From Clostridia bacterium (lineage in GTDB: Bacteria > Bacillota > Clostridia > TANB77 > CAG-508), in assembly GCA_017528375.1 (NCBI GenBank), contig JAFXOY010000160.1, positions 37,398 through 101,397 on the forward strand: 64,000 nt of DNA. Direction: 5' to 3'. The notes beneath the pieces are model-generated. The model ran no database searches, had not been told where the DNA came from, and was given only the letters and a program-made list of their open reading frames with translations. Of this stretch, positions 26,390 through 33,286 are shown piece after piece; position 1 is the first letter of the stretch, and each line of letters starts with the position of its first letter. A program made the position numbers and the translations under genes.

Positions 26390-27115
26390 TTATTCTTCCC
26401 AGTTATGATATACATTTGTTACATCGTCTAAATCATCTAACATATCTAGGAATCTTTGCATTTTTGCTGCTCCATTTTCATCTAATGATGTGTATGTAGT
26501 TGGAACCATTTGCACTTCTGCTTCTAAGAATTCTAATCCTTGTTCTTCTAATTTTTCACGAACTGATGAGAAATCTTCTGGAGATGTTGTAATTTCATAT
26601 ACTTCATCTTCAGCTGAGAAGTCTTCTGCTCCACTTTCTAGAGCAAGCATCATTAAATCATCTTCTGATAATGATGTTGATTCTTTATCAATTACAATTA
26701 CACCTTTTTTATTGAACATGTAAGATACGCATCCAGATGTTCCTAAATTTCCACCTGATTTATCAAATGCATGACGTACATCTGCTGCTGTTCTGTTTTT
26801 GTTGTCTGTACTTCCTTCAACAATAACAGCAACACCATTTGGTCCGTATCCTTCATATATTACTTCTTCATAATTTGCTGTATTTCCAGCACCTGAAGCT
26901 TTTTTAATTGCATTATTTATTGTATCGTTAGGCATGTTTGCTGCTTTACATTTAGCAATAACATCCTTTAATTTTGAATTTCCTGCTGGATCTGGTCCAC
27001 CATTTTTTACAGCAACTAAAATTTCTCTTCCTAATTTTGTGAATATTTTACCTCTTGCTGCATCTGCTTTTCCTTTTTTTGCTTGAATATTGTGCCATTT
27101 TGAATGTCCTGACAT
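26390..27115 (-). CDS. yebC: YebC/PmpR-family transcriptional regulator
   Basis: [32 protein letters not shown]...; 241 aa. Confidence 0.9.
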   Translation of the reverse strand: MSGHSKWHNIQAKKGKADAARGKIFTKLGREILVAVKNGGPDPAGNSKLKDVIAKCKAANMPNDTINNAIKKASGAGNTANYEEVIYEGYGPNGVAVIVEGSTDNKNRTAADVRHAFDKSGGNLGTSGCVSYMFNKKGVIVIDKESTSLSEDDLMMLALESGAEDFSAEDEVYEITTSPEDFSSVREKLEEQGLEFLEAEVQMVPTTYTSLDENGAAKMQRFLDMLDDLDDVTNVYHNWEE

Positions 27116-27359
27116 TGTTATTCCTCCTCTTATTTTTCTTTATTTTAAGGCCTTAAGCCTTTATATTAACTAATTAAAAAAAGTAACTTTAAAAATTACC
27201 TTTTCTATTATAACACATTAATTATTATTTGAATAGAGTTTTTTTGCAATTTTAGTGATAAGTTGCTTTTTATCAATAAATATGTTATAATTAAACTATT
27301 CGTTGGGATAAATTCCCATTCACACGTTATCCATCTTAAAACTTTAAGGAGGAATTTAT

Positions 27360-27824
27360 ATGAATCGGAAAAAAGAATTATTGTACAAACTGTTAGGTGT
27401 TGTATTCTCGCTAATGTTTGTTGTCAGCGTATTTAGCCTAATTGCTAAAAACCTTTGGCATCCTTTAACAAAAGCAGATATTGAACAGTGTACACTAATT
27501 GCAAGCGATATTTACTACAATCAGAAAGATGTACTAATCTATGATGTACCTGAAAACTACAAAGTAAAAATCAATGATAACGCTATTACCGTTATTCCAA
27601 CTGACAACAGATATGGATCAGTTAATTTTAGAATGCAAAACGGTAAATTGGTGTCTGATTACGATGATGAATTATGGGCCTACTGTGTAGTCTGTGGTGT
27701 ATTAACAATTGTAGCATATATATTGCTCTTATTATTTGTCATATTAGTTTATAAAATCACTTTCAAAGTATGTGACATCATTAATAAGAAGAAAAAATCA
27801 CAATCCGAAAATGCAACTGCATAA
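27360..27824 (+). CDS. hypothetical membrane protein (154 aa)
   Basis: AAGGAGG SD. An N-terminal and a C-terminal TM helix. In-frame CGG at codon 3 (27366-27368). Followed by a terminator. Confidence 0.55.
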   Translation: MNRKKELLYKLLGVVFSLMFVVSVFSLIAKNLWHPLTKADIEQCTLIASDIYYNQKDVLIYDVPENYKVKINDNAITVIPTDNRYGSVNFRMQNGKLVSDYDDELWAYCVVCGVLTIVAYILLLLFVILVYKITFKVCDIINKKKKSQSENATA

Positions 27825-27826
27825 CT

Positions 27827-27857
27827 AAAAAAAGCCTACTTACTAGTAGGCTTTTTT
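27827..27857 (+). terminator. intrinsic terminator
   Basis: AAAAAAAGCCTACT-TACT-AGTAGGCTTTTTT. Confidence 0.75.
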
Positions 27858-28011
27858 ACTTTTCTCCCATATTTTTCTAACTAATGATAATGTAGATAAT
27901 GTGAAACCAATTACTGGCACTAATGAACTTAAGAATATATTGTCGAATTCTTTTATTACATAAGAATAAATTATTACAACTATACATGTTAAAATCATTA
28001 TGCATATTTTT

Positions 28012-28941
28012 CTATTGAAAGATTATATTTTCATTTAATCTTTTTAAAATACCATCATCGTCTATTTTTGAAATAGCAAAGCACTTCTTTCCTAAATCTT
28101 TTAATGATGCACCACAATGATATAAATCTTTGTTGTCTATAATAATAAATCTATCATGAAATTTATTCGTTGTAGCAATCTTTAGGGTTGGATACTGTTC
28201 ATTAAATTTCTTTATGTCTAGTTTTGTAATTGTACAATTCTGTAATGTTAAAATAACTACTTCTACATTCTTATTTTTCTTTTGTAACATTTTTAATATT
28301 GTATCATCTATGTAGTTGTCTATTATTAGAATCTTATTTTGAGCTGTTTTTATTATATCTATTATTAGTTCATAGCTATCCCATATTTGTCCTTTGAAAA
28401 AAATTCTCTGGTTTATTTGTTCTTTCTTATCGAATTTAGCAAATAACTCATTTATATTTTTGTCTTGTTCCAATAGTTTGCTTTCAATATTTGTTAGTCT
28501 CTCGAATACTTGTCCATTTGATGATAAAAATTTTCTCATTTCAATAAAAGCTCTTATTATTTTTATACTGACTTGTATAGCAATTTCATTCTTTAGTAAT
28601 CCCGAAAGCATTGCAACACCTTGCTCTGTGTATACATATGGTAAATATTTGACATGTTGTCCTCGTCCATTTTGATTCTTTAAGGTTCCATTTTGGAACC
28701 TTAAAGAATTCATTTCCTCATCATTTATTTGAAAACAAAAATCTTCCGGGAATCTGTCAATATTTCTTTTCATTGCTTTATTAACATTTTTGGTTTCATA
28801 TTTATACAACCTAGCAACATCACTGTCTAGCATTACTTGTTTTCCTCTTATTGTATAAATTAGACTTTTTATATCTTCTATTTCGTATTCTACTACATTT
28901 AAATCTTCATTTATTGGCGCGATATTATTTTCATTATTCAT
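28012..28941 (-). CDS. ORF6N (KilA-N-like) DNA-binding domain protein with a C-terminal PLD-like/HxD domain
   Basis: IRGKQVMLDSDVARLYKYETKNVNKAMKRNIDRFPEDFCFQ is the ORF6N pattern. The C-terminus has ILIIDNYID...KFHDRFIIIDNKDLYHCGASLKDLGKK. ATG 28941 is preferred over GTG 28950. Confidence 0.6.
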   Translation of the reverse strand: MNNENNIAPINEDLNVVEYEIEDIKSLIYTIRGKQVMLDSDVARLYKYETKNVNKAMKRNIDRFPEDFCFQINDEEMNSLRFQNGTLKNQNGRGQHVKYLPYVYTEQGVAMLSGLLKNEIAIQVSIKIIRAFIEMRKFLSSNGQVFERLTNIESKLLEQDKNINELFAKFDKKEQINQRIFFKGQIWDSYELIIDIIKTAQNKILIIDNYIDDTILKMLQKKNKNVEVVILTLQNCTITKLDIKKFNEQYPTLKIATTNKFHDRFIIIDNKDLYHCGASLKDLGKKCFAISKIDDDGILKRLNENIIFQ

Positions 28942-29092
28942 AATTATCACATCCTTTTGTTTAATTTTATTTTAAAGAACTTTTGTTTGTATTATATCAT
29001 TTTTTAAAGTTACATTCAACAACTTTTCCATAAAAAGTATTAAAAGATATCGACATCTTTCGACATCAATATCTTTTAATTTTTTGGCACAT

Positions 29093-29887
29093 TTACTCTC
29101 TTTCAAATATTTCTTTTAACTTCTCTCCCACTTCATATCCTTTTTTATAAAAATCTTCTATACTCATATCTAAATATTCATTTCTATAGCAAAGTTCTAA
29201 TGTTACAGGTCCGTCGTAATTACATTCCTTTAAATTCTTTATAGTTTCTTCCCAATCCAAAGTACCTTCAAATGGCATCAAATGCAAATCATCACTTTGA
29301 TCATTATCATGTAAATGTACTGCAAATATTCTATCCTTAAATTTAGGAAAATCAAGATCATCATTAAAATGCACATGATAATGTCCTGAATCAAAACAAA
29401 TACCTACATTTTCATTATCTATGTTTTCAATAACATAATCTAAATAACCTTTTATTTTTGTATTTTCAAAAGCTACTTTTATATTTAGTTCCTGTGCATA
29501 ATCAACAATTTCCTTTAATCTTTTTAGACCTGTTTCATTATATTTAGGAGCTTCACTTTTGCTTGTTAAATGCATTACAACCATTGGAATATTGTTTTCT
29601 TTACATATTTTAATATCATTTTTATATCCTTCAACCAGCTTATCTCCAACTTCGTTTTCAAGCCATAAATCATTTATGTTTTTATATCCTAAATGTGCAA
29701 AAATAACATTTAGACCTTTTTCTCTTATATATTTAAGTTGTACTTCTTGTGTTGGATTCCACTCCTTATTGTACCATTGTATAAAAACGTTTTTGAAACC
29801 TGCTTTTTTAATTGCGTTTATTGTATCTATTGCAGTAACATTTTGGTTAGCATTACTTACTACAACTGCAATTTCTCTATTATTCAT
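29093..29887 (-). CDS. sugar-phosphate isomerase/epimerase, xylose-isomerase-like TIM barrel (AP endonuclease 2 family)
   Basis: 264 aa with the His/Asp/Glu metal-ligand pattern (...FDSGHYHVHF..., VHLHDND..., LELC). Confidence 0.65.
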   Translation of the reverse strand: MNNREIAVVVSNANQNVTAIDTINAIKKAGFKNVFIQWYNKEWNPTQEVQLKYIREKGLNVIFAHLGYKNINDLWLENEVGDKLVEGYKNDIKICKENNIPMVVMHLTSKSEAPKYNETGLKRLKEIVDYAQELNIKVAFENTKIKGYLDYVIENIDNENVGICFDSGHYHVHFNDDLDFPKFKDRIFAVHLHDNDQSDDLHLMPFEGTLDWEETIKNLKECNYDGPVTLELCYRNEYLDMSIEDFYKKGYEVGEKLKEIFERE

Positions 29888-30056
29888 GTCTTACTCTCCT
29901 TTTAATTCAATGACTTTATCCTTTATAAATTTCTATCTAATTATACCATAACTGTTTATTGAAGGAAAGGGATAATTACTAAGAACTATTAAATAATTCT
30001 TGATTGTTCTTTACTAATTTGTCGTATTTTGTCGTACGAAATAGCGTTGTAGGATA

Positions 30057-30085
30057 TTGTTTTGAACTATCTAAAATGATATAAT
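30057..30085 (+). promoter_or_regulatory. promoter of the 28-aa peptide gene
   Basis: TTGTTT (30057-30062), 17 nt, TATAAT (30080-30085). The tandem GTCGTA-N4-GTCGTA (30021-30036) lies 20 nt upstream. Confidence 0.5.
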
Positions 30086-30135
30086 ATACGCATCCTTTTC
30101 ATAAAGGAAATCTTTGTGAAAGGAGGTGTTTTAAA

Positions 30136-30222
30136 TTGAGTAGTTTCGATTTAATTTTCTTCTCAATTGTCCTTTTGCTTGACAAAAAAGACAATGAGAA
30201 GAAAGAAAACACCAAAGATTAG
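30136..30222 (+). CDS. 28-aa hydrophobic peptide, candidate type I toxin (Fst-like architecture)
   Basis: AGGAGG (30121-30126), 9 nt, then TTG 30136. Codon-by-codon translation: MSSFDLIFFSIVLLLDKKDNEKKENTKD. Followed by a terminator. Not in the ORF track. Confidence 0.55.
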   Translation: MSSFDLIFFSIVLLLDKKDNEKKENTKD

Positions 30223-30235
30223 TACATAACTAATC

Positions 30236-30265
30236 AAAGAGCAGCCTGACCAGCTGCTCTTTTTT
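30236..30265 (+). terminator. intrinsic terminator of the peptide gene
   Basis: AAAGAGCAGC-ctgacca-GCTGCTCTTTTTT. Confidence 0.75.
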
Positions 30266-30276
30266 ATATATAAATG

Positions 30277-30350
30277 AAAAAGAGATATGTGACCAACATA
30301 TCCCTTTTTTCGTGTTTTAAATTAACAAGTTTCGATTTAACGCTTTCGCT
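30277..30350 (-). ncRNA. candidate ~70-nt antisense-type small RNA (antitoxin candidate)
   Basis: Bounded by a perfect TTGACA-17-TATAAT promoter (30385-30357) and a hairpin GGGATATGT-tggtc-ACATATCTC plus T-run (about 30304-30277). No SD-led ORF. It contains UUAAAUCGAAACU, complementary to 30142-30154 in the peptide ORF. Confidence 0.5.
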
Positions 30351-30356
30351 AATAGT

Positions 30357-30385
30357 ATTATAACACCTATTATATAGTATGTCAA
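30357..30385 (-). promoter_or_regulatory. perfect sigma-A consensus promoter of the small RNA
   Basis: Minus strand TTGACA (30385-30380), 17 nt, TATAAT (30362-30357). The tandem CGACAC-N4-CGACAC (30418-30433) lies 32 nt upstream. Confidence 0.6.
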
Positions 30386-30580
30386 ACACTCTTTAAAATT
30401 TCAGCCTAAAAACTTCTCGACACTTTTCGACACTTTTTATTCTCTTGCTATTTCTTTTTCTAATTTCTTACTACTGTCTCAATCCCAACTCCATCTCCCA
30501 CACACTTAATAACCTCAACTTTATTCTTTTTTACAATTATTTGCATATAAAAACGCACCCAATTAAATAGGTGCGTTTTG

Positions 30581-30609
30581 AAAACCTCTGTATATGACAA
30601 GAGGTTTTT
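30581..30609 (-). terminator. intrinsic terminator downstream of gene 30627..30860
   Basis: AAAACCTCT-gtatatgaca-AGAGGTTTTT. A second hairpin, AAAACGCACC..GGTGCGTTTT, lies at 30549-30579. Confidence 0.65.
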
Positions 30610-30626
30610 ACTAAATGTACTATTCT

Positions 30627-30860
30627 TTACTTAAAAGACTTTGAATCATCATTGTTGAAACTATTTGGCTTAGTGTCATCTTTGCGCTTCTCGCGGAAAG
30701 TTGATGTAACAGCTACACGTGGATACCCTTCGAATAATGCATATCCAGGTGCACTTCTGTATATTTCTTCTAATCCGTTTTTTTCAGTAAACTCATAAAT
30801 CTGATCATTTAACCGAGCTACATTCTGAGCTTCAAATGTCATAAAGAATTCATTTTTCAT
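30627..30860 (-). CDS. hypothetical protein (77 aa)
   Basis: AAGGAGG then ATG 30860 gives MKNEFFMTFEAQNVARLNDQIYEFTEKNGLEEIY... The ORF-track start at 30905 lacks an SD. In-frame CGG at 30813-30815. Confidence 0.55.
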   Translation of the reverse strand: MKNEFFMTFEAQNVARLNDQIYEFTEKNGLEEIYRSAPGYALFEGYPRVAVTSTFREKRKDDTKPNSFNNDDSKSFK

Positions 30861-30945
30861 AGTGTTCCTCCTTACCAGTATATTGGCGGTTTTCAATGTA
30901 CACACTCTTTCAAGTGTATGGTAGGACTTTCCTACTCATATAATA

Positions 30946-30974
30946 ATTATACCACATTATGTTAATTGTTTCAA
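30946..30974 (-). promoter_or_regulatory. promoter (paralogous copy 1)
   Basis: Minus strand TTGAAA (30974-30969), 17 nt, TATAAT (30951-30946), with a TGG extended -10. Confidence 0.55.
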
Positions 30975-31055
30975 ATATAAAATTTTGGACGAAGATTTTT
31001 TTGAAATTTTCTCCGTCCACAATTGTATTTATGCTTTTTTCACTTTTGTCAAATT

Positions 31056-31325
31056 CTATTTTTGATTAAGTTCTATTTTATTAACAAAATCGTCAAATTC
31101 TTTTTTAGTACTTTCTGTATTTTCTTTTAAAGATTCACCCATAACAAATACAACATAATTTTCTTTTTCGTCAAACGTAATTGTTGTAATATAAAAATAA
31201 TGTTGACCACCACCATATTTTGTTGCACTACATCTATGTGTTATAACGTTTTTCCCTTCATCATTTTGTGTTTCTTTTTCTAATACTTTAAAATCATTAC
31301 GTGTTTTTAACAATCTTAAAAGCAA
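31056..31325 (-). CDS. hypothetical protein, possibly a 5'-truncated gene remnant
   Basis: 89-codon ORF with only a TTG start and no SD. The nearest ATG (about 31350) is out of frame. The C-terminal region looks like a soluble lipoprotein-type domain. Confidence 0.3.
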   Translation of the reverse strand: MLLRLLKTRNDFKVLEKETQNDEGKNVITHRCSATKYGGGQHYFYITTITFDEKENYVVFVMGESLKENTESTKKEFDDFVNKIELNQK

Positions 31326-31356
31326 AGCACGGATGACTCTTTGTCATCTTATAAAC

Positions 31357-31385
31357 ATTATACCATATTATGTTAATTTTCTCAA
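31357..31385 (-). promoter_or_regulatory. promoter (paralogous copy 2)
   Basis: Minus strand TTGAGA (31385-31380), 17 nt, TATAAT (31362-31357), with a TGG extended -10. About 28 of 32 nt are identical to the copy at 30946-30977. Confidence 0.5.
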
Positions 31386-31389
31386 ATTT

Positions 31390-31965
31390 CTAGAACATCT
31401 CTCTTAATTTTGCTAACGCCCTTGCTCTATGTGAAACCGCATTTTTCTCTTCTGGTAACATCTCTGCACTTGTTCTATTTACTCCGTCTGGGATGAATAT
31501 TGGATCAAATCCAAATCCATTATTTCCTCGTGGTTCAGTTGCTATTTTACCTGTCCAATATCCTTCTGCATATTTCTTTTCTCCGTTTTCATCTATGTAA
31601 CAAATGCAACATACAAAACGAGCATTTCTTTTGCTTTCTTCTACTCCTTGTAACTTTCCTAATATGCAGTTTCTTCTATCTTCGTCATTATTTAATCCCA
31701 TATATCTAGCAGAATATACCCCTGGCTCTCCGTTTAAAAATTCTACTTCAAGTCCGCTATCATCAGCTAGTACTGATGTGTGTGTTAAGTTGTAAATTGC
31801 TTCTGCTTTTAGTGTTGCATTTTCTTTAAATGTTGTTCCTGTTTCTTCTACTTCTATGTTTATTCCTGCTTCGCTTTGTGATAACACTGTGTATCCTAAT
31901 GGTTCTAGCATTTTTTTAAATTCTCTTATTTTTCCTTGATTATTACTTGCTATTATTATATTCAT
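31390..31965 (-). CDS. rdgB: XTP/dITP diphosphatase (RdgB/HAM1 family)
   Basis: MNIIIASNNQGKIREFKKML...DDSGLEV..L.G.PGVYSARY...GFGFDPIF. Confidence 0.9.
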   Translation of the reverse strand: MNIIIASNNQGKIREFKKMLEPLGYTVLSQSEAGINIEVEETGTTFKENATLKAEAIYNLTHTSVLADDSGLEVEFLNGEPGVYSARYMGLNNDEDRRNCILGKLQGVEESKRNARFVCCICYIDENGEKKYAEGYWTGKIATEPRGNNGFGFDPIFIPDGVNRTSAEMLPEEKNAVSHRARALAKLREMF

Positions 31966-32055
31966 TTTAATCTCCTTACATAATTTCTTATATTGTAATT
32001 ATAAACTATTATATTTTATTTTTCTACTCTTTTTTATATCAATTCTTACAAAATG

Positions 32056-32092
32056 AAAAACACCCTATACTTTTCAGTATAAGGTGTTTTTT
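32056..32092 (-). terminator. intrinsic terminator
   Basis: AAAAACACCCTATAC-TTTTC-AGTATAAGGTGTTTTTT, with one mismatch, just downstream of the stop at 32095. Confidence 0.65.
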
Positions 32093-32094
32093 CA

Positions 32095-32418
32095 TTAATC
32101 AATAATGTCGTACATGCGAGCCATGTTATTCGCTTCTCTTTCTATTTCACACTTCTCTTTGGCTGAAAGTGATGCAGGGAAAAATACATAAAAGTTGTCT
32201 GCAATATGCATAACACCCACATTTTTTCCTTTTAATGCATTAATGATCCGAGTGCGATTTTCCTTTTTTCCTACTACATCATATTCCATTCCTATTTCTA
32301 ATTTTGGATAATACGTAGGAAATAAAGTAAATAATGTTTTGCCCTTGTATACATTTTCCTGGATACACTTGATAACATCATCCACGTTGTTTGTCTTAAA
32401 CATGTCATTTGGTTTCAT
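32095..32418 (-). CDS. hypothetical protein (107 aa)
   Basis: GGAGG SD then ATG 32418. No family recognised. In-frame CGG at 32248-32250. Confidence 0.5.
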   Translation of the reverse strand: MKPNDMFKTNNVDDVIKCIQENVYKGKTLFTLFPTYYPKLEIGMEYDVVGKKENRTRIINALKGKNVGVMHIADNFYVFFPASLSAKEKCEIEREANNMARMYDIID

Positions 32419-32652
32419 AATTGCTTCCTCCGATTCAGTTAGTATCTGGAGGTTACATAGCCCCCCAGATTGGTTTAAATGTCAATTTGGGTACTCTATG
32501 TAAGTACTAAAAAACTATACTGATTGTACCATATTTAGAATCAAAAGTCAATTTATGTAAATTATGTTCAGTTTTACTGTATAATTTATTACTATAGCGC
32601 ATAAGGTCCCCGAAAATTTCATGGACCTTTGCGTTCTAATATTTGATAATTA

Positions 32653-32681
32653 TTGACATTTTTCGACAAAGATGTTATACT
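32653..32681 (+). promoter_or_regulatory. sigma-A consensus promoter
   Basis: TTGACA (32653-32658), 17 nt, TATACT (32676-32681). The -35 overlaps the tandem GACA-N6-GACA (32655-32668). Confidence 0.6.
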
Positions 32682-32772
32682 GTTCCAGGCCTTAATGCTT
32701 ATCATTTAAAACGCTTCTAACTAGAAGCATCAACACATTTTAACTCTATTTGAGTAGAAAGGAAATATTAAA

Positions 32773-33204
32773 ATGATACGGGAACTTTTAAATGAAAGAA
32801 TTGCTGAACAGCGTCAGAAGGAAATTGATGATGCTGAAAAAGCAAGGAAAAAAGCAATTGCTCACGCAGAAGCAATTGCAAGCGCAGAAAAAAGTATTGA
32901 AAAGCTGATTAAATCTGCGCAGATTGACAGTTTTAAAATCCCTGACGAAACATTTCCGGCACTTATTATTAATCATCCGTCCAATCATTCTAAAGGAGAC
33001 TTTAAGAAAAGCTATGAGCTCTTTTTAGGATATTCAATCGAAGAGGATGATGGTGAAGTAAACACAGCAAAAGCAACCGAAATAGGCATACTCGAAATTG
33101 AAATGCCTTACGTTTTTGGTAATTTTGATTTCTCGGATTTATTTAAATCCGAAAGTCCTGTTACTTCAAACGGACGCAATTGCAGTATCTTTACTTTTAT
33201 GTAA
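32773..33204 (+). CDS. hypothetical protein (143 aa, coiled-coil-like N-terminus)
   Basis: AAAGGAAA SD. MIRELLNERIAEQRQKEIDDAEKARKKAIAHAEAIASAEKSIEKL... In-frame CGG at codon 3. Confidence 0.5.
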   Translation: MIRELLNERIAEQRQKEIDDAEKARKKAIAHAEAIASAEKSIEKLIKSAQIDSFKIPDETFPALIINHPSNHSKGDFKKSYELFLGYSIEEDDGEVNTAKATEIGILEIEMPYVFGNFDFSDLFKSESPVTSNGRNCSIFTFM

Positions 33205-33210
33205 TAATTT

Positions 33211-33246
33211 AAAAAGACCGTTTGTATAATGCAAACGGTCTTTTTT
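33211..33246 (+). terminator. intrinsic terminator
   Basis: AAAAAGACCGTTTG-tataatg-CAAACGGTCTTTTTT. Confidence 0.75.
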
Positions 33247-33286
33247 CTTTATAAAATAATTTCAACATATTTAAGAGCGATAACTA

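Noticed and set aside
27870-27998. Possible 53-aa membrane peptide on the minus strand (MILTCIVVIIYSYVIKEF...)
   Set aside because: It has no recognisable SD or promoter. The ORF runs into the terminator hairpin of the convergent gene. Evidence is insufficient.
30440-30546. 27-codon minus-strand ORF (MQIIVKKNKVEVIKCVGDGVGIETVVRN)
   Set aside because: It has only a weak GGTG upstream and no recognisable family. It lies between two terminator hairpins and may be a gene fragment.
32593-32640. GC-rich hairpin GCGCATAAGGTCC...GGACCTTTGCG in the 354-nt gap 32419-32772, as a small RNA or riboswitch
   Set aside because: It is an isolated imperfect hairpin. I could find no flanking promoter/terminator pair and recognised no conserved riboswitch motif.
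33211-33246. Terminators at 33211-33246 (AAGACCGTTTG..CAAACGGTCTT) and 46316-46346 (GAGGACG..CGTCCTC), plus the fragment TTTGGACGGTC at 46265-46275, as degenerate repeat copies
   Set aside because: They share only the 6-8-nt GACGG/CCGTC-type core with the repeat families. That is too short to distinguish from chance in ordinary GC-rich terminator stems.
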